In this document: piece by piece, positions 48,441 through 58,166 of the stretch
How positions within the stretch are numbered: the first letter of the stretch is position 1
Layout: every line of letters begins with the position of its first letter
Source of the DNA: Candidatus Yanofskybacteria bacterium RIFCSPHIGHO2_01_FULL_44_24
GTDB lineage: Bacteria > Patescibacteriota > Minisyncoccia > 2-02-FULL-40-12 > GWA2-44-9
Direction: 5' to 3'
Length of the DNA: 64,000 nucleotides
Assembly: GCA_001794215.1 (NCBI GenBank)
Contig: MGJK01000015.1
Span: forward strand, 23,684-87,683
Translations under genes and position numbers: made by a program
Notes under the pieces: generated by a model
What the model was told of the DNA's origin: nothing
The model's input: the letters and a program-made list of their open reading frames with translations, nothing else
Databases searched by the model: none

Positions 48441-49582
48441 ATGTTTTTTTTCGGAATTTCTTTTTTTGCGCCTTCTTTCTTTCTGTTTTTCAATCTTTCG
48501 CTTTCTCCTTTGTAGGCGAGGCTAAAACTATCTTGTACCCAGTACCGAGGATGTATAGACTGATGAGGATAATAATATAAGACGTCCTGGAGCCGTATAA
48601 GAGAATTTACCGCCATATCACAGTCGCCGATGAAACTTTTTCTATCCTCATCGCGATGTAAGTCTCTCCGCTCATGCTCCTTAATGTTTTCCACCGAATC
48701 CAAATCTACTATCCTTCCGTCAAGAGTGATATTGTGCGTGGTAAGATAGCCATGAACCCATTTTTTATGATGCATACGGGCAACGTTGACAGCCATCGTG
48801 TCCACAAGCCATTCTATATACTCCTGATCAGTAAATTTATCCGGATCTAACCCTAATTCCTGAGCAACCATAGTTCTCGCATCTTCCAATAATCGTTTCT
48901 GAATCGCGGGTTTACTGAAATTAGCGTCTATATCGCTCAAGCGTGATCTGACTCCGAATGCTCTTATTTCGATAACCGGCTCATCGTTTTCTTTCAAAAC
49001 ACCTTCCTTCTGGGCTTCTTTAATAGACATCTTCCGGCCGTCTCTTCCGACTACTTCTTTAAGATCGATGACGGCAATAACCCTGTGCGTTCTTACGCCG
49101 GCCTTTAAAAATTTCTCAGAAAAATCAACATCTCTACGGATCAGCTCCTGATTAGCAATCCCAGTGGTTCCGGCCCAACGCCATATATGCCTATAAACCG
49201 AATGCCATCCAAGAGGACCCGCCCCGCCTTCATTTCTGTCAGATGGAACATACCCGATTCGACTGTACCCTATTCCCTTCATATCAATATCCCTGTATAG
49301 TCTTCCCTCTTTGTCTTTAAATATGACTCTGCCCAAAATTCCCGAACGAGTCTGGTCCTTGCTTACCTCAACAGGATAAGGATTTTCCCCTTCGTTATTC
49401 GGGGTCAGAAACATGCCTAAGCGAGATTGCTTGCCGACTTCTAATTTGAACGGGGCTTCGATCTTATTATTCACCCACGCCACTTCATTCGCCACTTCAA
49501 CTGCCGGCAACGTCTCCTTGCCTTCATTTAACTTTTCACCGCCTATTCCTGTGGGTAGTTGTCGTTCTAATTTTTCAGTCAT
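48437..49582 (-). CDS. Hypothetical protein with a protein-kinase-like fold
   Basis: HGYLTTHNITLDG…IVDLDS resembles the kinase catalytic loop HxDxxxxN plus DFG-like. Confidence 0.4.
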   Translation of the reverse strand: MTEKLERQLPTGIGGEKLNEGKETLPAVEVANEVAWVNNKIEAPFKLEVGKQSRLGMFLTPNNEGENPYPVEVSKDQTRSGILGRVIFKDKEGRLYRDIDMKGIGYSRIGYVPSDRNEGGAGPLGWHSVYRHIWRWAGTTGIANQELIRRDVDFSEKFLKAGVRTHRVIAVIDLKEVVGRDGRKMSIKEAQKEGVLKENDEPVIEIRAFGVRSRLSDIDANFSKPAIQKRLLEDARTMVAQELGLDPDKFTDQEYIEWLVDTMAVNVARMHHKKWVHGYLTTHNITLDGRIVDLDSVENIKEHERRDLHRDEDRKSFIGDCDMAVNSLIRLQDVLYYYPHQSIHPRYWVQDSFSLAYKGESERLKNRKKEGAKKEIPKKNI

Positions 49583-49597
49583 CGGATTTATATGTTA

Positions 49598-50797
49598 TTA
49601 AGTATCCTCTTCGGCCGTTATATCCTTCCCCTCTCCTAATCTTCGAAAAGATCCCTTGCCGAAAGTCTCATCTATAAGTCGGGCTAACGGCAATACTTTG
49701 CCCGTAAAAACCGCTTGAGCAAATATCACTGCGACTTCCTGCAGAGAACTGAATCTGCCGGGATTCTTAGAATAAATTTTAACTGTTAAATTATCTAATT
49801 TGAATTTCTCTTCTACGTATCCGGAGAGATGTCTTTCACCTTGGTAATCGCAGTAAAAGCTGATCGCATTTTCTAAAAATGAGGGGTCGCGGCCGGATTT
49901 TTCGTACTCATCCCACAAACGGCCCGCTTCGGGTAGTATAACTGATTGCAGATCAAGATGAAAATAGATTTTCGTAAGTTCGTTAGTTGCTTCGTCGCTC
50001 ATCTTATCTCCTCTCTCTTTAAAATTATACTCCAATCGGGCCATCATTGCCTTGCGCAAAAGCTCTGATTTCTCGAGCTCATCCCTAAGTTCGGGTTTCG
50101 ATATCAAATCATAATTTCTCACGATATGTAAGGCGGATTTCTCTATTATAGCCTCGTCTAAGCCGCTGAAGTAAAGCTGGCCCGGCTGGTTAAATTTTTC
50201 TGCGCTTCCATCGGGTTTTGTTTTTTTCACTCTTTCTATTTGTCTCATGCGTAGCCCCATCCTGCGTTCCGTCAAGAGTTCTTCGTTGCCGACTACGGCG
50301 GGCTGAAGAGTTATGTAGCCCTTGAAGTGAAGCATCTCGTGAATGACCAGATGTAAAAAGGCTATATCATCTTGAGCTTTCTTTTCTCGAATAAATATGC
50401 CCTGATTGGGTGTATGAGCAAAAGCCGCACATCTTTTAGGATTAACTGACGCCCAGGGGTCGATATTGCTTTTTTTAACCAGCATATCAAAGGTCTCTTC
50501 ATTTAATACATGAATATTCTTGGGTCCGATATCTATTTTGGGATCAACGCCTATTCGGGTAAGAAATTCGTTGGTCGTCCTGTTTGCTTTATCCACCAAA
50601 CTTGCCTGTTCGGGAGAAAGTTCGATTTCGCCTCCTTTGATGTCTTCTATGTCCTGCTTTTCAAATCGTTCAATAAAAAAATCTCTTATCTCTTCCTTAT
50701 CCTTAATCGTCATATTTTCTGAAATAACTCCGTCCACAGCCGAAAAGTGCTTAGTACTTTCGGGGTTTTTAGTTTGTGGTTCCTTCAATTCCGTCAT
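49598..50797 (-). CDS. Hypothetical HExxH zinc-metallopeptidase-like protein
   Basis: LVIHEMLHF. Confidence 0.4.
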   Translation of the reverse strand: MTELKEPQTKNPESTKHFSAVDGVISENMTIKDKEEIRDFFIERFEKQDIEDIKGGEIELSPEQASLVDKANRTTNEFLTRIGVDPKIDIGPKNIHVLNEETFDMLVKKSNIDPWASVNPKRCAAFAHTPNQGIFIREKKAQDDIAFLHLVIHEMLHFKGYITLQPAVVGNEELLTERRMGLRMRQIERVKKTKPDGSAEKFNQPGQLYFSGLDEAIIEKSALHIVRNYDLISKPELRDELEKSELLRKAMMARLEYNFKERGDKMSDEATNELTKIYFHLDLQSVILPEAGRLWDEYEKSGRDPSFLENAISFYCDYQGERHLSGYVEEKFKLDNLTVKIYSKNPGRFSSLQEVAVIFAQAVFTGKVLPLARLIDETFGKGSFRRLGEGKDITAEEDT

Positions 50798-51879
50798 AGG
50801 AATTTCGCTATGTCCTTAACCGTTACATAGACCATCAGTCCTATTAAAAGGGCGAAGCCGGCCGTATTGATCAGGGCCTCGGCCCGTTTATTAAGAGGTG
50901 AGCCTTTCAGTTTCTCGATAATCAACATTAGAGCCCTGCCTCCGTCTAAGGCTGGGAACGGAAGAATATTAAGAACGGCTAAATTCACTGAGATCATGGC
51001 TACGAATTGCATCAGAAAAGTGATGCCGACTCGGGCCGCTTGGCCGGTCAAAGTAGCAATCCCTACGGGACCCGAAACATCAGCTAAAAGCTTACCGGTA
51101 GTGAATAATGTCTTGAATAAAATTCCGTAGCCATAGATCGTATTAACGGTCATCAGATATGCGTTATAAGCGCCCCGCCAAATCGCCTCGTACCACGGAT
51201 AGTGGATCAATCCGGTCAGAGACATCTCAATTCCCATCGCTCCCTCGCCGGCCGGAGGATTCAACCTTGGCTCGAGCTCTTTAGCCAAGGTCTCATTGCC
51301 CCTCTTGACCGTTACAGTTATTGTCTTGCCCAAATTTTTCATTACAAAACCCCTCACATCGGCTGTTTCCGAAACATACGCTATATTGCCTGCCGAGTCC
51401 TCAAAACTGACTATCTCATCAAGCAACATAATGCCGGCTAAATCGGCCGGGCTATCGGGAGAAATTCTGATTATTTGGACTCGTTTATCAGTAGCTTTTT
51501 CGGCCAGAGCCGGATCAGAAATATCAACTCGTAAACCGGAAAAATTACCAAAAGTTAGGAGTACTACCGCTAACATAAAATTCATCACGACTCCGGCAAC
51601 GATAACCTTGAACCGGCTGAAGAAACTTTTGGATCCGAAGCTGTCGGGATTCTCCCTGTGCCCCCCGTCTTCTCCATAAATTTTTACAAATCCGCCGAAA
51701 GGAATCAGATTTATCGAGTAGATCGTATCTCCCTTTTTCTTTCCCCAAATCTTCGGCGGAAATCCGAATCCAAACTCTTCAACTCTCATCCCCGCTTTTC
51801 GGGCCATAACAAAATGCCCCCATTCATGGACAAGGACGAGCACACCTATAACCGCGATAAAAATTAAAAATGTGATCAA
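50794..51879 (-). CDS. rseP: RIP metalloprotease RseP (site-2 protease, M50) with PDZ domain
   Basis: HEWGHF at the N-terminus; PDZ; C-terminal LNILPFPALDGG. Confidence 0.9.
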   Translation of the reverse strand: MITFLIFIAVIGVLVLVHEWGHFVMARKAGMRVEEFGFGFPPKIWGKKKGDTIYSINLIPFGGFVKIYGEDGGHRENPDSFGSKSFFSRFKVIVAGVVMNFMLAVVLLTFGNFSGLRVDISDPALAEKATDKRVQIIRISPDSPADLAGIMLLDEIVSFEDSAGNIAYVSETADVRGFVMKNLGKTITVTVKRGNETLAKELEPRLNPPAGEGAMGIEMSLTGLIHYPWYEAIWRGAYNAYLMTVNTIYGYGILFKTLFTTGKLLADVSGPVGIATLTGQAARVGITFLMQFVAMISVNLAVLNILPFPALDGGRALMLIIEKLKGSPLNKRAEALINTAGFALLIGLMVYVTVKDIAKFL

Positions 51880-51909
51880 CAGAGTTTATAAAGTTCCGAG
51901 TTGATAAAG

Positions 51910-52254
51910 TTATAAAGTTTTTATCAGACCAGAAATCAACTTAGATATCTCCGAACATAGCATCTTAATAGTCTCAAAATCTTTGTCGTTGATATATGTT
52001 AACTTAACTGCCAAATACGCCATGGATCTTACCTCCCCGCAAGATCCCTTAGCTATGAATAAAAAGTGCCTGAATTCGTTATTGCTTCTTCTCTCAAAAC
52101 CTTCGGCGATGTTGTTACCTATACTGACCGTGGCTCTCTGTATTTGGTCTCTGAAACTATAATCCTTGCTTGCCCTAAAGAGTTTATAGATTAAAACGGT
52201 GAGCTCTTGTGATTTCTGCCAGGATATAATTTCTTCAAAACTATTAATTTTCAT
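51910..52254 (-). CDS. Four-helix-bundle protein (TIGR02436 / 23S rRNA intervening-sequence protein family)
   Basis: Signature spacing W…SIGNNIAEGF…FIAKGSCGE. Confidence 0.85.
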   Translation of the reverse strand: MKINSFEEIISWQKSQELTVLIYKLFRASKDYSFRDQIQRATVSIGNNIAEGFERRSNNEFRHFLFIAKGSCGEVRSMAYLAVKLTYINDKDFETIKMLCSEISKLISGLIKTL

Positions 52255-52289
52255 TTAAACTTTATGAACTTTATAAACTTGATGAACTT

Positions 52290-52850
52290 TTAACTGTTGA
52301 GGAGCTCCGCTTCTTTCTTTTTCGTAAGCTCGTCAAATTTTTTATTAAGATCGTCAACAATCTTTTGGATCTCCTCCTTGGCTCTATGCAGATCATCTTC
52401 GCGGGCAGTTTTAGCCCGGACTTCGGCCTGAACTTTTTTCAATACATCCTCCCTTACCTGCCTAACCTTTATTCTGGACTCTTCGACTTTCTGATGAAGA
52501 ATGCGAATAAATTCTTTGCGCCTCTCTTCTGTCAGCTGAGGCAGAGTAAGTCGAACGCCGTTTGAATCCGCAGAAGGGTTTAAACCGCTCGAACTTTCCC
52601 GTAAAGCTTTTTCAATCAAAGGTATGGCCTGCTTATCCCAAGGCTGAATAAGTATAACCCGAGGCTCAGGAGTAGTGATCGTAGCCAATTCCTTTATTTT
52701 CAATCGTGAGCCCATATATTCCACAGCCACATCCTCAACCATACTGGCGTTAGCCCGGCCGGTCCTGATGCCGGCAACTTCGCTTCGAGCATGCTCGAAA
52801 GCAGCGTTAAAATCCCCCTTCTTTTGATTAATTAAGTCTTTGTAAGTCAT
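52290..52850 (-). CDS. frr: Ribosome recycling factor
   Basis: Full-length RRF homology. Confidence 0.95.
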   Translation of the reverse strand: MTYKDLINQKKGDFNAAFEHARSEVAGIRTGRANASMVEDVAVEYMGSRLKIKELATITTPEPRVILIQPWDKQAIPLIEKALRESSSGLNPSADSNGVRLTLPQLTEERRKEFIRILHQKVEESRIKVRQVREDVLKKVQAEVRAKTAREDDLHRAKEEIQKIVDDLNKKFDELTKKKEAELLNS

Positions 52851-52876
52851 CTTTAAAATATACCACGAATTTTTTT

Positions 52877-53413
52877 AAAAAAAAGCTGGGGGGGGGTTAC
52901 CTCCAGCGTTGATTCGACCGCGGGAGGGATAGAGCTTCGCGCTCTCCCTCCCGCCCCGCGGCCACTGTCGTCTCTTTCTGTTTCTGCTCGCCCGATGATC
53001 GGCGGGTCGCCGCGCCGCTGTCCCGCGCCGCAGGCGACCCGCCCTTCTTTCTTTCTCCGATCTCCGATGGATCTTTTGTTAGAGCTTTGCCCCCGATCAG
53101 GCACTCAACCTGACCGGAGAACGGTCGTCGCTTGAGTGGCGACGGGAGGAAGCCTTGCGCACATCGGCGCTTGGCCCTTGCCTCCAGCTCTGCGATGGCC
53201 CCATCCGGGCACCACCCCTTAACCGCCCTCAACGCCCGGGGATCGCGGCCGCGTTCCGGACACCAAAGAATTAGAGATCACGGGCAGGTCCGCCTGCTTT
53301 TCGAGACAGGCGGACCTCGAGGTTGGCCATTTCGGCGTTACCCCACTGCCCCCGAAAAACCGCTTAAAAAGTAATCTTTCAGGGACAGTGTCAGCTCAAA
53401 GAACGTATATTAC
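52877..53413 (-). ncRNA. Candidate large structured ncRNA of about 535 nt (GC about 62%), bracketed by a consensus promoter and an intrinsic terminator; class unresolved (weak RNase P RNA-like words)
   Basis: Minus-strand TTGACA (53447-53442) -N16- TATAAT (53425-53420); terminator GCTGGAGG…CCAGC plus T8 at 52907-52877; no credible ORF; words GGGCAG..GGUAACGCC, GGAGGCAAGGGCCAAG and AAGGGGUGGUGCC resemble RNase P conserved regions, but the P4 strands were not found. Confidence 0.5.
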
Positions 53414-53419
53414 CCTCTC

Positions 53420-53447
53420 ATTATAGCAAATCTACAGAATCTGTCAA
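53420..53447 (-). promoter_or_regulatory. Consensus sigma70 promoter (TTGACA-N16-TATAAT) for the 535-nt RNA; the -35 is embedded in a perfect 11-bp inverted repeat (53436-53465)
   Basis: Direct reading: agaatctgtca-agccccg-ctgacagattct. Confidence 0.6.
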
Positions 53448-53506
53448 GCCCCGCTGACAGATTCTCAAAACGATGACACTCTACCGCGATCGTTATATTC
53501 TGTCAC

Positions 53507-54055
53507 TCATAGTTTAAACATTCTTCGAAGGTCTTTATCATATTCGATCTTATCAGTAGTAATCAGCCTCGTATAATGCTTCATCTGCTCTTCAAATAAA
53601 ATTTCTTTCAAAAAATTAGGCACTTTATAGGGATACGCCCAGATGCTCTTTTGAAATTCTTTAAACCCTATAACTTTCAGCATTAAACGTAGTTCGTCTC
53701 GGTATCTTCTCTTCTTTTCCGGTATATCAAAAAATATCATTCTCCACTTACCGTCCCAATTCGTATCTTGCGGAGAATTTTTATCGGTAGATAACCGAAA
53801 ATCTTTCAGTGCACAAAGAAAGGCCTCTTTTTCTCCTAAGGAAGTTAGGCGATAAATTTCTTTGTTCTTATACTGGGTTATAAATCCCCTCCTTCTCAGT
53901 CTGGAAATCGCAACATGATAAGAATTTCGTTTTTCATATCTATTGCCGTAACCGTATTTCTTGGCATATTTTGGATTAAAAAATGCGTTAACGGTTATCT
54001 CTCCGATCTCTCTAACTATCATCAGTATCATGGAACCGACAGATGATATTTGCAT
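53507..54055 (-). CDS. Hypothetical protein with an N-terminal winged-helix-like region (PaaX-like?)
   Basis: 182-aa ORF; HVAISRLRRRGFI helix; no firm family call. Confidence 0.35.
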   Translation of the reverse strand: MQISSVGSMILMIVREIGEITVNAFFNPKYAKKYGYGNRYEKRNSYHVAISRLRRRGFITQYKNKEIYRLTSLGEKEAFLCALKDFRLSTDKNSPQDTNWDGKWRMIFFDIPEKKRRYRDELRLMLKVIGFKEFQKSIWAYPYKVPNFLKEILFEEQMKHYTRLITTDKIEYDKDLRRMFKL

Positions 54056-54158
54056 GGTGACACCCTACCACGATCGTAGTATAATGCAAGCGAAGCATTT
54101 TAAAACCTTAAAGTCTCGGGTGGCCTAAGCTGGCTTGATGGTATTTTAAGAGTGGACT

Positions 54159-55046
54159 CTATAAGTTAATAAGAAAATTCTCCAGAGCTAAACGATGATT
54201 GAATTGAGGCTGAGAAATTAGATAATGAAGCTTTAATAAGTTTTTGGCGGCCTCCTTCAATTTAGAAACCGGGATATCTGAGCCGTGCTTTAGCTGGTAA
54301 TGAAGCCAATCCAGCCAAAAATTCACAAGAGCGGGATAGCTTTTTGATTCATAGGCTTTCTTTGCATAAATCATCCTCTCGAAAGTCCCCTCTTTCAGAA
54401 GTTTCTTAAAATCATCGACGGCTCTTTTGGCATCCTTGAGTTCGCCTGATTCTAAAATCTTTTCTATCCAGCCTATCCTTCCGGCCGACATCTGTATCAG
54501 AAAATCAGCATCCTCATTTTTAACTTTTTTAGATTTTATAAAATCTAAGGCCCCTTCAACGGAAGGAATGAAACGAATAAGCTGGCATCGGGACAAAATT
54601 GTTTGCGGCAGAAGCTTGGGAGTGGAAGTTACAAGTATAATAACGGAGAACGGCGGCGGCTCTTCTAAAATTTTGAGCAAGGCATTAGAAGCTTCCGGAG
54701 TAAGAGCGTGGGCGTTATCGATAACGACAAATTTATAAGGACCGAAATTCGGCTTGAGCGACAAGAACAACTTTATTTCTCGTATGTCCTCGATATATAT
54801 CTTGGCCTCACCCTCTGACAACCTCGGAAATATCATCTTAAAATCCAAATCCGAACTTCTGATCTCCTCTCGGCCATTGACGTTACGATAAAGATCAAGA
54901 GCGAATGTTTTTTTACCGATCATCTCCTGGCCCGAAAAAAGATAGGCATGAAATAAAGCACTGTGGCCGGGTGCGCTTGCACTGCTGTTTTTTAAGACAG
55001 TCTCAAAATAAGCCTTATTTTTATTGTGACCGAGAACGCTCCACAT
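54159..55046 (-). CDS. holB: DNA polymerase III delta-prime subunit
   Basis: AAA+-like; the Walker A region is degenerate; VIDNAHALT; SRCQ sensor; clamp-loader family. Confidence 0.8.
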   Translation of the reverse strand: MWSVLGHNKNKAYFETVLKNSSASAPGHSALFHAYLFSGQEMIGKKTFALDLYRNVNGREEIRSSDLDFKMIFPRLSEGEAKIYIEDIREIKLFLSLKPNFGPYKFVVIDNAHALTPEASNALLKILEEPPPFSVIILVTSTPKLLPQTILSRCQLIRFIPSVEGALDFIKSKKVKNEDADFLIQMSAGRIGWIEKILESGELKDAKRAVDDFKKLLKEGTFERMIYAKKAYESKSYPALVNFWLDWLHYQLKHGSDIPVSKLKEAAKNLLKLHYLISQPQFNHRLALENFLINL

Positions 55047-55123
55047 TGAGTTATAAAGTTAAAAGTTTTTAAAGTTCTTAAAGAAAATACCTCAAACTTT
55101 ACGAACCTTATAAACTTTACAAC

Positions 55124-56248
55124 CTACTGACTTAGTAGCTCTTCCGCAATCTTTTCATCGGCGTCGAGCCTGGCAAAAGTTTTGATCTTCTCGCCAACTA
55201 TTCTGTAATTATCCGGCTCGAGAAGAAAGCCGACCCTTTGCATTAAAACATCCCGGGTTAGGTTTCTCTCCTCGATCATCATCGCTCCGTATTTAACAAA
55301 TTCGGAAGCATTGTAAAGTTGATGGTTCGCCGAAGAATTTTCTCTTGGTACGACGATCACGGGCTTACCTAAGCAAGCTAATTCAAAAATTTGTCCTCCA
55401 GCGCGAGAAACTGTAATATCGGCGGCCGCATAGGCCATCGAGAGGGCTTCCTCTTCAAGGAAAGGAAACAGCTGATAATTTTCCTTAATTCTCAGTCCGT
55501 AAGCAGCTCCGCCTTCCTCAATAAACTTATCAGATTCTTTTTTCACTTCCTCATACTGGCCTTGCCCGCATTGGTGAATAATCTGATAGTTTTCGGTCAT
55601 TACCACGAGTGAATTCAAAACTACATCGTTGATCGCTTTCGCTCCCAAGCTTCCGCCTAAGAATAATACAGTTTTCTTGACCGGGCTTAAATTAAAAAAC
55701 CTTGAAGCGGCTTCCCGATCGGCGCCGAATAAATCTTTTCTTACCGGATTTCCAGTAAATAACGTTTCCGTCTTTGGAAAATACTGAGCCGAATCTTCGA
55801 ACGATATGAACGCTTTGCGGGCTATCCGGCCGATCAATCTGTTGGCTAAACCCGGCACAAAATCGGATTCGTGGATGAAAACTGGTATTAAGTACAGACG
55901 GGCCACCAAACAAGGAATGAGAGAGGCATAACCGCCTTTGGCGAAAACAACATTGGGCATGAACCAAAAAATATGCCACAAAGACTGGATAAGGCCTGCC
56001 GGCATTTTAAAAAAATCTATGACATTATCCAAACTCGCGTATCTCCTGAGCTTTCCGGCTATAATTCTTTTAAATGGCAGCTGAGCCGCCATAACGGCCT
56101 TACCGATGAAATCTCCGTCTCCTACGACAAGAATTTCTAAGCTTAGACCTCTTGATGAGGCGATTGTTTTAAGCGTTTTTCCGACCGCGACAAGCGGGTA
56201 AACATGCCCGCCCGAGCCCCCTCCGGCCAAAAGTATGCGATAGCTCAT
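55124..56248 (-). CDS. murG: Undecaprenyldiphospho-muramoylpentapeptide beta-N-acetylglucosaminyltransferase
   Basis: GGSGGHVYP N-terminal motif; GT28 fold. Confidence 0.9.
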   Translation of the reverse strand: MSYRILLAGGGSGGHVYPLVAVGKTLKTIASSRGLSLEILVVGDGDFIGKAVMAAQLPFKRIIAGKLRRYASLDNVIDFFKMPAGLIQSLWHIFWFMPNVVFAKGGYASLIPCLVARLYLIPVFIHESDFVPGLANRLIGRIARKAFISFEDSAQYFPKTETLFTGNPVRKDLFGADREAASRFFNLSPVKKTVLFLGGSLGAKAINDVVLNSLVVMTENYQIIHQCGQGQYEEVKKESDKFIEEGGAAYGLRIKENYQLFPFLEEEALSMAYAAADITVSRAGGQIFELACLGKPVIVVPRENSSANHQLYNASEFVKYGAMMIEERNLTRDVLMQRVGFLLEPDNYRIVGEKIKTFARLDADEKIAEELLSQ

Positions 56249-56257
56249 ATGACAATC

Positions 56258-56518
56258 TTAGCACAGTATTCCTTCTTTTTTGAGAATCAAGAGTTTCTTT
56301 TCCGACCCGCGGTTATATCCTCCGGCTTTGCCGTCTGATCTTATAACTCTGTGGCAGGGTACGGCTGAGTCGTAGTTCTTGTTTAAAATGTTTCCGACGG
56401 CCCGGTAAGCCTGCGGGTTTCCGGCAAGCCGGGCAACCTCCTTGTAGGTTAGAATTTGACCCTTGGGTATCCTCCGGACCACGCCCAAAACCGAATCTTT
56501 AAATTTAGAATTTTTCAT
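56258..56518 (-). CDS. Methylated-DNA-[protein]-cysteine S-methyltransferase DNA-binding domain protein
   Basis: PCHRVI active-site motif; HTH. Confidence 0.85.
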   Translation of the reverse strand: MKNSKFKDSVLGVVRRIPKGQILTYKEVARLAGNPQAYRAVGNILNKNYDSAVPCHRVIRSDGKAGGYNRGSEKKLLILKKEGILC

Positions 56519-57126
56519 TTATACAAGCCTTTAATGTCCCGGATCAGTTCGGGAAAATCTTCTTGATTGAAATGACCGCGACCGAGGAAGACCCTTCCAA
56601 TACTATTTTTCAAACTCTTCTGATACTTACCGAAATCCGCGAAAGGAACGACGGGATCTTCTTTGCTTTGATATATAAATATCTTACCCGCCTGCTGTTC
56701 TAATTTTTTAAGGCTCTTCGGCAAAATAAAATCAACCAGCGAATATTCGGAATCCTTATCATCGTAAGGAGCGGCGATCAGGAAAACGGCTTTCACTTTT
56801 TTCGAAAGCTTATTTTCTGAAAGGTATTTGGCCAAAAATATACCGCCCATAGAATGCCCGACCATAATTACGCCGGATTTGAAATAAGGAACGAATTTAT
56901 CAAACCATATCTTCCACTCGGAATACTTGGCATTAAAAGAGTTCGGCATGTTGGGAAGAATAACCTGAAAGTCTTTGCCGAGTTTCTTGGCGAGATTTTT
57001 TTTCCAGCCGGCCCTGTTCTGGATATAGTCATCGAAATTTATTTTCCAGCTCCTGAGGAACTTCAAATAATCCCGATAGTTATCGAAAGAATCCCCTCCA
57101 TGAATTACAATAACCTGATTTTTCAT
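56515..57126 (-). CDS. Alpha/beta hydrolase (YdeN/RBBP9-like serine hydrolase)
   Basis: GHSMGG nucleophile elbow. Confidence 0.7.
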   Translation of the reverse strand: MKNQVIVIHGGDSFDNYRDYLKFLRSWKINFDDYIQNRAGWKKNLAKKLGKDFQVILPNMPNSFNAKYSEWKIWFDKFVPYFKSGVIMVGHSMGGIFLAKYLSENKLSKKVKAVFLIAAPYDDKDSEYSLVDFILPKSLKKLEQQAGKIFIYQSKEDPVVPFADFGKYQKSLKNSIGRVFLGRGHFNQEDFPELIRDIKGLYK

Positions 57127-57128
57127 AT

Positions 57129-57455
57129 TTATCTTATCCCCGCACCTTCTTTAACTTCTGACTCGGGAATTATAAGAACCGGGCCGTCTTTGTCACTGGC
57201 CGCCAAAAGCATCCCGTTGCTTTCAAGACCCTTAAGGTTCCGGGGCTCCAAGTTTGCCACTACCACAATCTGTTTACCCACAAGAAGCTCGGGGGTATAA
57301 ATGGATCCTATACCAGCAACAATCTGCCTCTTCCCTAATTCTTCTCCTAAATCTATCTGCAGTTTGACTAACTTGTCAGAACCTTCGACCTTTTCAGCCT
57401 CGAGGATCTTGGCTACTCTTAGATCAATTTTTTTGAAATCGTCTATTGTAATCAT
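57129..57455 (-). CDS. csaA: tRNA-binding protein (CsaA/Trbp111 EMAP-like OB fold)
   Basis: DLRVAKI…; family-typical 108-aa size. Confidence 0.85.
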   Translation of the reverse strand: MITIDDFKKIDLRVAKILEAEKVEGSDKLVKLQIDLGEELGKRQIVAGIGSIYTPELLVGKQIVVVANLEPRNLKGLESNGMLLAASDKDGPVLIIPESEVKEGAGIR

Positions 57456-57493
57456 GACGTTATAATATGATAAATACTTATTTTTGAAAAGTA

Positions 57494-57515
57494 AAAGCCG
57501 AGATTAATCTCGGCT
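57494..57515 (-). terminator. Hairpin terminator after the small gene
   Basis: aagccgaga-ttaa-tctcggctt. Confidence 0.45.
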
Positions 57516-57542
57516 TGATACGATATGGTTTTAGTACGAATC

Positions 57543-57788
57543 TTAGTAATCCGCAGGCTGATCCACCTGCCAACCAGGCAGAAATGATCGGACAATATCG
57601 GGATTATACGGGCCAAACCCGTAAGATGTTCCAAAAATTCTCTTTCCCGCAAGATCAGCAATACCTCCTCCTCTTACCGAGGACAAGGGTATGCCATTCT
57701 GCTGAGCGACAGATGAATGAGAATCGTAGTTGTAGTCTATTGACCCGAATATAACTCTCTTATCCGTAACAACAAACTTGACGGTCAT
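57543..57788 (-). CDS. Hypothetical 81-aa Gly/Ser/Tyr-rich protein (standalone, with strong RBS and terminator)
   Basis: GGAGG-N5-ATG; hairpin downstream; no homology recognised. Confidence 0.45.
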   Translation of the reverse strand: MTVKFVVTDKRVIFGSIDYNYDSHSSVAQQNGIPLSSVRGGGIADLAGKRIFGTSYGFGPYNPDIVRSFLPGWQVDQPADY

Positions 57789-58009
57789 TGTTGCCTCCTT
57801 TTTATTAATGTAGCCCAGATAAGCAAAACCGGCCTATCTGGCCGGGGCGTTCTTAGAGTCTCAAAGATATTAGTCGTAACTAATGAAAACCAAAACCGCC
57901 ATGGCCAAAGAAGCCTGAAAAGAGCTCCTTTTTATAGCCATAGCTGTCACTGATTAAATTGTGATCTGGATTTAACATATTTTTATTAATGACGGATAAG
58001 AAAGCCGAG

Positions 58010-58166
58010 TCTATTCAAGCTCGGCCTTAACTTCCTGCCGTATTTTATCCTTCTCGGCGGTTCTTCGGTATTTTCCGCCTTTATCGGCAACATGGAATCC
58101 GCCCGTTTGACGGGGCAAAGGAATCCGTATTTTCTGATAGGCTTTCTTGACTCGTTTCTTCTTCAT
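58010..58166 (-). CDS. Small basic 51-aa protein (MKKKRVKKAYQKIR…)
   Basis: RBS GGAGAAAATC-ATG; flanked by hairpin gccgag-N10-ctcggc; not in the ORF track (below 60 aa). Confidence 0.3.

Noticed and set aside
52853-53374. ORFs 52853..53104(-), 52897..53232(-) and 53132..53374(+)
   Set aside because: They overlap each other inside the GC-rich island; the Arg/Ala/Pro/Gly-rich translations are typical of random GC-rich frames. The promoter and terminator bracketing argues for an ncRNA.
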